From: an uncultured virus (IMG/VR IMGVR_UViG_3300034062_002951)
Taxonomy: Duplodnaviria > Heunggongvirae > Uroviricota > Caudoviricetes
Length of the DNA stretch: 64,000 bases
IMG/VR virus record: IMGVR_UViG_3300034062_002951
Direction: 5' to 3' (one strand)
Shown here: positions 46,044-54,781 of the stretch, piece after piece
How positions within the stretch are numbered: the stretch's first letter is position 1
Layout of the letters: each line of letters opens with the position of its first letter
Position numbers and translations under genes: made by a program
Notes under the pieces: generated by a model
Databases searched by the model: none
Told to the model about the DNA's origin: nothing
Seen by the model: the letters and a program-made list of their open reading frames with translations, nothing else

Positions 46044-47569
46044 AATGGGCTCCGTTTCTTTTGTTCAGGTGTGTTAAAAGGCGCGTCTTGTTTCTTAAAT
46101 CCTGGCAGTCTCCAGCACCGTGTTGCTCGGCCCTTGAGGAACAGTGGAATGGGTTCTCCACCAAGGTCTCGTAGGCGTTGCGCCATCTTTGGGGCGGTCA
46201 GGCCCACGAAGTTGTTGCGCTTAAGGTGAGCTTCCAAATCCTTCATGCGGAAATAGGTCTTGGCTTCTTCTTCATCTGTCCAGGGGCGGCCAAGCAAAAT
46301 CTCATCGCGGTCCATAGCCTGTTGCAAGTGAGTACAGAACTCTTCAAGCAAGTCCACAAAGCGCCCTGTGATGCTTGTGTCGTCGGTGGCCTCTTGGATT
46401 TGTTCAGACTCCACCATTTCCTTAAGCAGCGCATTGAGCATCTGCTCCCAGTCTTGTTTACGCAGCGTTGGAGGTAAGACGTTGATCTTGTCAACGCATG
46501 CCTTTTGAAACATGTTTTGGTTGTACAGGTGATCGGTATCGAGCTCGATACGCTTGCCATTGATATCCAAGAACCATAGTGGTGGCTCGGAGTTGTACTT
46601 TGACAAGGAGGACAGTTGTGGTGCATCAGGTCCGTTGGCCCCGACCCCATGTTTGCGAGTCCTGCAAAGCCCAGAGTTGCAAAAAGAATTGAGCGGTGCG
46701 TCCTTGCACTTGTACCGATAGTCTTTCTTGTTGAGTTGCTTGACCAGTATCTGTACTTCGTTGTTTGGCAACGGCGGGTGGACGTACTTGAAGTTGTGCT
46801 CAATCAGTGGGTTCTCCCAATTTATGGGATGAATCTTCTTGAGGTAGATGCCCACGTTAAAGAGAGTATTGTTCCTGCCACCTTCTGGAATACCTTGCGT
46901 GCATAGGGCCTGTAGGCAAGGCGGGCCGTCTGGGACAACCTGCTCTGCCTTCTTGGGAGGAGCAGGTACAACCAGGTCAGTGCCTTGTATGTTGGCATCG
47001 ACGAGCTCGTAGAACTCTTCCAGGGTAGCGGCACTGCCGTCTTCCTTGATGCCGTAGCGCATGGTCTGGTCACCACCAAAATACGGCAGGTTAAGGAAGT
47101 TGCCCGTGTCTCCACGATCAACCAAAATCTCAGCTTGTTTCGGGAAGATTTCGCGCCCAGCTTCTCCCAGCAATGCGGCAGAAGACTTCAAATACTCTTG
47201 CATACGTACGGCGGCAATAGGCTCCCTGGTAAACAAGAAGACATGCGCGCCACCAGACTTGCTGCGACAAACAACAAGCGGGAGCTCCAGGCTTTTGATC
47301 TTCTTGACTAGGCCAGCATGATCCAGTGGATACTGGTCAATATCAATACAGCCCCAGATGCAGGAGTTATCCGCCCTGATTGGGATAATTCCAAGACTTG
47401 GTTCAACACCGGTGAGATGCTTTTCCCAGAGATCGTCAGTTGGAGGTTTGCGGACAACAACGGCCTTCCCGGCCTGCTTTCCATCCCCACGCGATCCTTC
47501 AATTTTGTATGTTCCATAGGCAATATCTAGTCCAGAGAATATGGCCTTGAACCGTGTGATGTCGGTCAT
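46040..47569 (-). CDS. AEP-family primase with PriCT-like domain
   Basis: GCIDID, RSKSGGAH, PPCL..GGRNN, Cys cluster. Confidence 0.85.
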   Translation of the reverse strand: MTDITRFKAIFSGLDIAYGTYKIEGSRGDGKQAGKAVVVRKPPTDDLWEKHLTGVEPSLGIIPIRADNSCIWGCIDIDQYPLDHAGLVKKIKSLELPLVVCRSKSGGAHVFLFTREPIAAVRMQEYLKSSAALLGEAGREIFPKQAEILVDRGDTGNFLNLPYFGGDQTMRYGIKEDGSAATLEEFYELVDANIQGTDLVVPAPPKKAEQVVPDGPPCLQALCTQGIPEGGRNNTLFNVGIYLKKIHPINWENPLIEHNFKYVHPPLPNNEVQILVKQLNKKDYRYKCKDAPLNSFCNSGLCRTRKHGVGANGPDAPQLSSLSKYNSEPPLWFLDINGKRIELDTDHLYNQNMFQKACVDKINVLPPTLRKQDWEQMLNALLKEMVESEQIQEATDDTSITGRFVDLLEEFCTHLQQAMDRDEILLGRPWTDEEEAKTYFRMKDLEAHLKRNNFVGLTAPKMAQRLRDLGGEPIPLFLKGRATRCWRLPGFKKQDAPFNTPEQKKRSPF

Positions 47570-47588
47570 TCTGCTTTCTCGGGTAGGT

Positions 47589-47657
47589 GGGGCCTACTCG
47601 CTGCACTGCTTACTATGCGCTTCACTTCAGAGTCACGCAGCATCCGCTTTTGGCCCC
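47589..47657 (-). ncRNA. Candidate structured RNA between SSB and primase genes
   Basis: GGGGCC/GGCCCC closing stem and GCUGC/GCAGC inner stem with a purine-rich internal loop. Confidence 0.45.
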
Positions 47658-47662
47658 GAATT

Positions 47663-48436
47663 TCAGAATGGCGCTTTGTTTCCTGAGGCTTCAGCATCGC
47701 CCTCGTGCTTGACCTTGACGTCACCAACGCTTACCTGAGCCGAGAAAGCTTTCGCACTCAGATAAACGTCGTCTTTGTCCACTTGGCCAATACGCTCAAT
47801 CTCCCAACCGAACCACTTACCCTTGTCGTTTGATTCACCAACAGTACTCAGGCGGTACATCTGGCTGTACATGGGAGGCGTGAACATGCCGTTCGCTCCT
47901 TGCATCTTCACCGACTGCATCATGCTGTTCCACTTGCGCGACTTCTTGAGTTGCGTGGACTTCATCACAATCAATGCAGGGCTTGGGACGCCCGCAGAAT
48001 CAATCACCATCACGTAATGATTGGCGGTGTTCTCGATGTAGTTGCCATTGTCCAGGTACTCTTTGTTGTCCGCTGGATCGCGATGCGTCTTTGTCAAGAC
48101 GTCGCTCGTTGCAGGGTAAATGTGGATAGGTGCACCACCGCTACCACTGCCACGTGGAGCCCACTCAATGTACTGACGTACATAAGCGCAAGGGACCACG
48201 GTGATGCCCTTCTTGCCGTCATACAACTCGCCTGTCACGGAGTTGTAGATCATGCCGGGTAAGGCACCTTGGATCTCACCGACTTCAGGAGAAGTGTTGG
48301 TGAGCAGTTTCAGAAAGGGAAGCGCAAAGTCTTCCTGGCCCATGCCGGCAAAGCTTGATGCGGCATCTTGTTCAAAATTACTCATCATTGCAATTGCGGT
48401 TGATGTTTCTTTGGTTGCTAAGTCTGTTTTAGCCAT
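47663..48436 (-). CDS. Single-stranded DNA-binding protein (phage type)
   Basis: DFALPFLK..MKSTQLKKSRKWN..WFGW; C-terminal PF; replication context. Confidence 0.7.
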   Translation of the reverse strand: MAKTDLATKETSTAIAMMSNFEQDAASSFAGMGQEDFALPFLKLLTNTSPEVGEIQGALPGMIYNSVTGELYDGKKGITVVPCAYVRQYIEWAPRGSGSGGAPIHIYPATSDVLTKTHRDPADNKEYLDNGNYIENTANHYVMVIDSAGVPSPALIVMKSTQLKKSRKWNSMMQSVKMQGANGMFTPPMYSQMYRLSTVGESNDKGKWFGWEIERIGQVDKDDVYLSAKAFSAQVSVGDVKVKHEGDAEASGNKAPF

Positions 48437-48457
48437 GATTCGATTTCCTTTTTTCGT

Positions 48458-49012
48458 TTAAGCGGATTTAATGGTTGCCTTTTGGCCAATGAATGCACCA
48501 AAAAGTTCGGTGGGAAACTCGTTTCCTCGTTCCACCTGTTCTTTAACCCATGCCTTGAGAGTCATGGGTTCTATCTTCTCGGCTTGTTCGGCAGGGTAGC
48601 CGGACTCACCAAGCAGATTCAATAGACGAGAGCAGAGCTCGTCTTCGCCACGTCCAAAGCGGACGCTGACAGTGTTCTTAATGATGTCATCCATGCCACG
48701 TTCACGGAGCCATTGAAAGGCTTCCGCACGGCGTGCTTCTGGAATCGATGCGCTGTAGAAAGGCTTGACTTCAATTGAAGAGCCGTCGGCCATTTTGAAT
48801 GACCTCAGATTCATCTGCGCCAGCACCTCTGGAATAGATTCTTCAGTCAACTTGCGAAACTGTGCTTTTCTCTCTTTCACAGTCTCTTCAAGGTCCTCTA
48901 GCTCTTTCTCAAGTTCTTTTGCGCGCTTGGCCATTGCAGCAACACCGACCAAATCGGCATCCTGTATCTTAAGTGCATCTGCATCTTGTTCAAACTGATT
49001 CGTAAGACTCAT
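48458..49012 (-). CDS. Replication-module protein
   Basis: Start moved to MSLTNQ after an AGAAAGGAG RBS; coiled coil and AFQWLR..DIIKN..PMTLKAWVKE. Confidence 0.7.
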   Translation of the reverse strand: MSLTNQFEQDADALKIQDADLVGVAAMAKRAKELEKELEDLEETVKERKAQFRKLTEESIPEVLAQMNLRSFKMADGSSIEVKPFYSASIPEARRAEAFQWLRERGMDDIIKNTVSVRFGRGEDELCSRLLNLLGESGYPAEQAEKIEPMTLKAWVKEQVERGNEFPTELFGAFIGQKATIKSA

Positions 49013-49349
49013 ATGGTTCTCCTTTCTTAAATAGATCAACCTCGACTGGTATGTAACGTTTTTCTCGCTTGTCCCACTTGAGGCACTTGAATCGGCCATT
49101 ATTTTTTGCAGCGGCCACTGCACATGCGATACCAATTGCAGACGGGTCTCCAATCAACAGCAGATAATCCGCATCACTGAACTTCTCCAGTTTACGCTGA
49201 ATTCTTCGCACTGTTGGCACGCTTGAAAAGGCGATTTGAGCATTATCAGGAAGCATGATTTCAATGCTTCCATATGCCATTGCGCCTGATATGTTGTGCT
49301 GCAATGTCTCCTGGATTACGTAGACAGTTGCGCTTTTTTCGGTTGCCAC
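48990..49349 (-). CDS. Hypothetical protein (119 aa)
   Basis: DYLLLIGDP..LKWDK; AGAAAGGAG RBS, GTG start. Confidence 0.7.
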   Translation of the reverse strand: MATEKSATVYVIQETLQHNISGAMAYGSIEIMLPDNAQIAFSSVPTVRRIQRKLEKFSDADYLLLIGDPSAIGIACAVAAAKNNGRFKCLKWDKREKRYIPVEVDLFKKGEPYESYESV

Positions 49350-49376
49350 AAATTCTCCTTTCTTAAGATGAGCGAC

Positions 49377-49406
49377 TAGTGTACACTACAAAAACTTGGA
49401 CCGCAA
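49377..49406 (-). promoter_or_regulatory. Promoter of the leftward replication operon with a palindromic -10
   Basis: TTGCGG-17-TACACT; TAGTGTACACTA palindrome at 49377..49388. Confidence 0.55.
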
Positions 49407-49426
49407 CCCCAGGAAGAAAGAAAGAA

Positions 49427-50881
49427 ATGACTGACAACTTTTTAGAAACTTATCCCTTCAGGAACAAGCCTTTTGTCCATCAACAGGCCTATCTTCAACG
49501 TCACTGGAATGCCCCGGTAGCAGCTTTGTTTGCAGATATGGGAACTGGGAAGAGCTACATGCTCATCAACAATTTCTCCATGCTCTACGACAAGGGATTG
49601 CTAAACGGGGTGTTGATAGTAGCACCAAAAGGAGTCTATCGAAACTGGTTTGACACGGAGATTCCTAAGCATATACCCGAACATGTGCAATACCGCATGG
49701 CGATATGGAACCCTCAACCAAGAAAGGCTGAAGAGCAGGCCTTGAACAGCTTGTTTGACATCACTGAGGACCTAAAAATCCTGGTCATGAACATTGAAGC
49801 GTTTTCCACGATCAGGGGGTCGAAATACGCTGGCCGGTTCCTGCTGTGCCACGACGCGATGATGGTGATTGATGAGAGCACCACCATCAAGACACCCACT
49901 TCGGCCAGGTCAAAGAGCACTGAAAAGGTGGGCCGTGGTGCGCGGTTCAAGCGCATTGCTACGGGCTCCCCGGTGACCAAGTCACCCATGGATTTGTACC
50001 AGCAATGTGCTTTCTTGTCGCCCAACTGCCTGAATGCGGCAAGCTACTACTCGTTCCAGGCGCGCTACGCGGTTGTGATTGAGCGCAGTGTGGCCACGCA
50101 CAGCTTCAAACAGGTCGTTGGGTATCGCCGCCTCGATGAGCTCAAAGAGAAGCTTGACCGCTTCAGCTTTCGGGTGACCAAAGAGGAGTGCTTGGACTTG
50201 CCCGACAAGCTGTACGTCAAGCGGGAAGTGGACCTGACTGATGAGCAAAAACGTGCGTACGTGCAGATGAAAGCAATGGCGCTGTCCCAGTTCAAAGAGG
50301 GAGTAACCAGCACGGTCAATGCCCTGACACAACTCATGCGCTTGCATCAAATCGTCTGTGGCCACGTGAAGCTAGACAACGGGGAAGTCATTGAGTTGCC
50401 CAATAACCGAATCGGCGAGCTCCTGTCTGTTGTCGAGGAGACTGACGGCAAGATCATCATCTGGGCCAACTACCGCCATGACATCGAGGCCATCAAGCTG
50501 GCCCTGTCAAAGGAGTACGGCATGAACTCAGTGGGTATGTACTACGGGGACACGGACGACGACGAGCGAAAGCGTGTTTTGGAGGAGTTCCAAAAGCCAA
50601 ATAGCGAGATGCGTTTCTTTGTCGGCAACCCAAGCACTGGCGGCTATGGTTTGACCCTGACCGCTGCGCACACGATGGTCTATTACAGCAACAGCTTTGA
50701 CTTAGAAAAGCGCCTGCAATCGGAAGACCGTGCACACCGCATTGGCCAGACAAAGAACGTGACCTACATTGACCTGATTGCCGTCGGAACGATAGATGAG
50801 AAGATTGTCAAGGCCCTACGCGACAAAATTGACATCGCCACCCAGGTGATGGGAGAGGACTTTAAACAATGGTTGATTTAA
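49427..50881 (+). CDS. SNF2-like SF2 helicase
   Basis: DMGTGKS, IDES, TGSP, GGYGLTLT, QSEDRAHRIGQ. Confidence 0.9.
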   Translation: MTDNFLETYPFRNKPFVHQQAYLQRHWNAPVAALFADMGTGKSYMLINNFSMLYDKGLLNGVLIVAPKGVYRNWFDTEIPKHIPEHVQYRMAIWNPQPRKAEEQALNSLFDITEDLKILVMNIEAFSTIRGSKYAGRFLLCHDAMMVIDESTTIKTPTSARSKSTEKVGRGARFKRIATGSPVTKSPMDLYQQCAFLSPNCLNAASYYSFQARYAVVIERSVATHSFKQVVGYRRLDELKEKLDRFSFRVTKEECLDLPDKLYVKREVDLTDEQKRAYVQMKAMALSQFKEGVTSTVNALTQLMRLHQIVCGHVKLDNGEVIELPNNRIGELLSVVEETDGKIIIWANYRHDIEAIKLALSKEYGMNSVGMYYGDTDDDERKRVLEEFQKPNSEMRFFVGNPSTGGYGLTLTAAHTMVYYSNSFDLEKRLQSEDRAHRIGQTKNVTYIDLIAVGTIDEKIVKALRDKIDIATQVMGEDFKQWLI

Positions 50882-51573
50882 TCCCCATTCGCAAGCTCTA
50901 TGTGTACGAAAAGCTTGAACAAATAAACGCACCAGAGGGACGTGTTTACGGCGACGACAGATTGCCAAGCGTCACCCGTATCCTGTCGGCTACTAAGGAC
51001 CGATCGCACCTTGACGCGTGGGCCGCGAGGGTTGGTGAGGAGGAAGCGGAGCGTATCAAAAACGAAGCCGCCACGATCGGCACTCACATGCACAACGTTA
51101 TCGAGCGCATGATTGCTTATAGGGATTTACCACGTCCAACCAACTGGCTTATGACTAAGGGTTATGAGATGGGGTACAAGTTAATTAACACTTACTTTCC
51201 CTATATGTCAGAAATATGGGGGTCAGAGGTGTCTCTTTATTACCCTGAGAAATATGCAGGGACGACCGACTTTGTGGGCGTGTACCGTGGGCGGCCAGCC
51301 ATTGTTGACTTTAAGCAGTCCGTCAAACCTAAGCGCGCGGAGTGGATTGAGGACTATTTTCACCAGCTTGCCGCCTATGCTTTGGCCCATGACATCATCC
51401 ACGGCACGAATATCGATTTTGGAGCCATCCTGGTTAGCGTTCAAAACGGCACGACGCAAGAATTCACGACCACTGGCCGTGAATTTCAGAACCACAAGGA
51501 TGCTTGGATGAAGCGTGTCGAGCAGTTTAAGCAGCAGGCGGTGCCGCTCCCTGAGACGCCAGCATCGGACTGA
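50869..51573 (+). CDS. PD-(D/E)XK exonuclease
   Basis: PSVTRIL..GTHMH..E..YAGTTD..IVDFK..QLAAY. Confidence 0.85.
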   Translation: MVDLIPIRKLYVYEKLEQINAPEGRVYGDDRLPSVTRILSATKDRSHLDAWAARVGEEEAERIKNEAATIGTHMHNVIERMIAYRDLPRPTNWLMTKGYEMGYKLINTYFPYMSEIWGSEVSLYYPEKYAGTTDFVGVYRGRPAIVDFKQSVKPKRAEWIEDYFHQLAAYALAHDIIHGTNIDFGAILVSVQNGTTQEFTTTGREFQNHKDAWMKRVEQFKQQAVPLPETPASD

Positions 51574-54500
51574 TGGAGTCATTGGGGAACAGCGACTGGA
51601 ACATTGCACGACTGGTTGACGATTGAGCGCCGGGAGCAGGAGCTTGTGCACCAGGTTTCTTGTCAAAGAGGCCAGGGACGCCTTTGGACGGCACTGATGG
51701 AGGCAGCTTGCGTACTGGTGGCGGAGAACCGGGAGGCCCTGTTTGAATCAGATTTGCTCTTGGAACTTCGCTCTCGTAGATACCCAAAGGTGCTGGGATT
51801 CGAGTGGCTATCGTACGGCCAAGCAATTGAGCAAAGTTTTCCACAAAGCCCGCCTCTTGCTGCTTGTTCACACCACGGCGTAACAAGGCGGCCATCATCT
51901 GTGGGTCTTGCAGGGCCTTTTCTATGGTACTGCGCACCATAAAGTTAGGCATCTTGTCAAAGATTTCACGTACGTACTTCGAGCCGGCGGAGGCAGCAAT
52001 CAAGGAGCCTGGTCCGCCGCCAGAGACAGAAGTACCGATATTGGCACCGACGATGCGCATGGCCAACTCTTCTACAGCACCTGCGCCGTCCAAGACTTTG
52101 TTGAGCTCATTCTTGTTGCCCATGGCCTTTTCAACACGCATCATTGGAATCATCAGACGCTTAAGGTTGTTCACCTCTTGTGGTGTTATGAGACCCTGGC
52201 TTCGCATGATGTTGACAATTGAGGGCTGACCCTGGCCAAGGGGCTTCAACAATGCATCATTAAATGCCTGAATGCTGAAGCGTCCATCTCCACCTGCTTT
52301 GGTGTAGGCGTAGTCAAACAAAGTGGACTTCAGCCCATTGACTGCATCGGGCCCACCTGCACCTGCAAGCTTGGCTATGTTGGAGATATTCTTGACCGGG
52401 AACTTACTGTTAAGCGCATCAATGACAGCATTGGTTGGGTTCTCAAACTTCAACACTTGAGCAAACGCAGATTGATTTGCAATGGTCTTGTTGATTTCAC
52501 TGTTCTGGTCCTGTATTGCACGGAATGCAAGTTCTGCTCTTTTCGCGTCTTGCAAGTCGGCATAGATGCCCAGCTTCTCCAGCATAGGCTGGTTCTCAGC
52601 AGCAAACTTCTCCAGCATGCGAGGATTCAAGCGACCAGTTACGGGGTCAATTGCCTTTGCCGCAGCCAATCGATATACGCGGTCTTGTGCGTCTCGAATG
52701 GAGGCCACTTGTATGTCTGCCAAATCTGCTTGAGGCTTCAAAGCCAGGGCCTGTTTGCTACGTTTGCCAAACTTACTGACTGCCTCGTCGTACTGAGTAC
52801 GCATGAACTTCACTGAGTCCTCAATGTCATTCATGCGCATTGCTGTCACGTCGGCGTTGGAGCCAAATGCTCTTGACACCAATATCTCTGCGGGCATGCG
52901 CTCTTTGCCTACAACGGTCTTTGCTCCGGAACCCGTGATGCTTGCCTCACTGGCAAAGGTGCGAGTAAACGTGTCGTTCAAGGCCTTGGAGAAACTTCTT
53001 GCTTGATCAAACGCAGGAGCCTTCAATGTCTCCAAGTCTTTCAGGATGCCCTCGGCCAAAATGCCGTAGAACCTTGCGTCTCCCATCTCGCCTTTGCCAG
53101 CGGCATCACGTGCAAGAGACAACAAGTTACTCCGGTAGTTGACCATCTCGCCAACATCCATCTCCTTAAGTTCTGGAACAAAACGTTCAGGCACTTGCCC
53201 TGACTCCAAGAACTCATCCGTATTGCGGCCAAGCTTGTACTTCATGACCGAGGCATCATCAATACCAAAAGTGCCAATAATATCCTTGACCAGCTTGGGC
53301 GTAGTGTTCTTGTAGACGACGTCGGCAATGCTCAGGGTTGCGTCTAGGAATGCTCGGCTTGTGTTAGTGGGCTTAATCTCTGCACCCCTGACCACTGTCT
53401 CACGCAGAGTGATCATGGGCCATTTGCGTGTTTTTTCGTATATTGCTTGTGCCTCTGGCCCCTCCATCGGAACCTTTTGTGGAGGCCCTTGGACACGTTT
53501 AACAGGGGCAATCTGGCGCAGGCCCTCGGCCCACAACTCGGATTCCATGTCCCGTGCTTGGCGCAATGCAAGTTCTGTTTCTGTCTTTACGATGTCGCCA
53601 ATTTCTCTACGAGCAGCAGGTGTGTCCTTGGAAATTTTGGCAATCTTGCTGGCCGCTGTTGCATCCGCCGCCGCAAGACGGCCATTCAGCATGGCGGTAT
53701 GGGCATCTTGTTCCATCTGAGCTGCTTTGCGCAAAGCATCGGGAGTGCCTATTTCTCTCAGCTTCTGAACCAACAATTTGTATGCCATTAGGGAGTCTTC
53801 ACCCTGCTTAACTGTTTGGCCAGAGAATTCTGCATTGGTACGAGCAAGCGATGTTTCCAGGGCAGACAAAGTCATGCTGCCTGTTTTCTGTGCGGCTGTT
53901 GGCGTAGCTCCCCCTGTAGTAGGTTGCTCCAAGCGGCGAATAAGCAGAGGAATATTTTCTCCTGTGCCATTCAAAATCTCATACAAGCGAGCAGCGGCTT
54001 TTCCCTCTTTGGCCGCAGGTCCCGCGCTGTTTCTAAGGTTCTTCGCCCAGTCGATTACGTCACCAACTGAGTTAACCACGAAGCGGCCTGGGGCAAACAT
54101 GCCGCCCATTACTTCCGCGCCAAAACGCACACCTTTTTGGCCTGGAAAAAGCTCTTCTGCAAAGAAGGCTCCTGTACCTGCTCCGGCGGCCGCGATTGTT
54201 TCAGCAGTACCAAAGCTAATTGGTGATCTGCGAGCAGCCTCTCCCATTGAGGAGATAAACCGTGAGACGCGGTTCCCGGTGAATTTAGGCAGGAAGTAGA
54301 GCGATGGAGAAAACGCAATCGATGTACCAAACGTGCGGCCACCCTCACGCACAGACAACAAGTCTTCACGCAGGGGAGGCTCTTCGTACTCTTCGGGGAA
54401 CATCTGTTGCAAAGCGTAGTTCACGCCCATGCCGCCCAAGACGCCACCAACAAACCCTAAAGGAGGGCCCAAGGGTGCGGCAGGGCCCATGAATGGCGCA

Positions 54501-54778
54501 GCCATAGTACCTGCCCGCAGGCCAAGCATACCGCCAGCGGAGATGGGAGCGCTTTCTCGCAGTCCCATCCTGGTACCTTGGCCAACAGCCTCGACCTTTT
54601 CGCCAAGTGTTGGAAACTCCGACTGAGAAATCTGTTGCAACGCTTTTAACTGATCTGCTGCGTTGGCAGCGGGAACAGGACGACGGCCTTGCGTTAACGC
54701 AGGAGGCGGCTGACCTCCTCCTGTGTCAGGCAAAGTCAGAGCATCAAGTTGCTTTTGAATTTCTTCAGGAGTTGCCAT
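51527..54778 (-). CDS. Large internal virion/ejection protein (1083 aa)
   Basis: Helical, Ala-rich with Gly-rich hydrophobic segments; last gene of the late operon. Confidence 0.7.
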   Translation of the reverse strand: MATPEEIQKQLDALTLPDTGGGQPPPALTQGRRPVPAANAADQLKALQQISQSEFPTLGEKVEAVGQGTRMGLRESAPISAGGMLGLRAGTMAAPFMGPAAPLGPPLGFVGGVLGGMGVNYALQQMFPEEYEEPPLREDLLSVREGGRTFGTSIAFSPSLYFLPKFTGNRVSRFISSMGEAARRSPISFGTAETIAAAGAGTGAFFAEELFPGQKGVRFGAEVMGGMFAPGRFVVNSVGDVIDWAKNLRNSAGPAAKEGKAAARLYEILNGTGENIPLLIRRLEQPTTGGATPTAAQKTGSMTLSALETSLARTNAEFSGQTVKQGEDSLMAYKLLVQKLREIGTPDALRKAAQMEQDAHTAMLNGRLAAADATAASKIAKISKDTPAARREIGDIVKTETELALRQARDMESELWAEGLRQIAPVKRVQGPPQKVPMEGPEAQAIYEKTRKWPMITLRETVVRGAEIKPTNTSRAFLDATLSIADVVYKNTTPKLVKDIIGTFGIDDASVMKYKLGRNTDEFLESGQVPERFVPELKEMDVGEMVNYRSNLLSLARDAAGKGEMGDARFYGILAEGILKDLETLKAPAFDQARSFSKALNDTFTRTFASEASITGSGAKTVVGKERMPAEILVSRAFGSNADVTAMRMNDIEDSVKFMRTQYDEAVSKFGKRSKQALALKPQADLADIQVASIRDAQDRVYRLAAAKAIDPVTGRLNPRMLEKFAAENQPMLEKLGIYADLQDAKRAELAFRAIQDQNSEINKTIANQSAFAQVLKFENPTNAVIDALNSKFPVKNISNIAKLAGAGGPDAVNGLKSTLFDYAYTKAGGDGRFSIQAFNDALLKPLGQGQPSIVNIMRSQGLITPQEVNNLKRLMIPMMRVEKAMGNKNELNKVLDGAGAVEELAMRIVGANIGTSVSGGGPGSLIAASAGSKYVREIFDKMPNFMVRSTIEKALQDPQMMAALLRRGVNKQQEAGFVENFAQLLGRTIATRIPAPLGIYESEVPRANLIQTGPPGSPPPVRKLPPSVPSKGVPGLFDKKPGAQAPAPGAQSSTSRAMFQSLFPNDSISPMLASQGAAPPAA

Positions 54779-54781
54779 GGC

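Noticed and set aside
47589..47657. tRNA or hammerhead ribozyme
   Set aside because: No T-loop GTTC or cloverleaf, and no CUGANGA/GAAA core.
48458..49153. 231-aa start for the replication-module protein
   Set aside because: The extension overlaps the upstream gene; a strong RBS supports the ATG at 49012.
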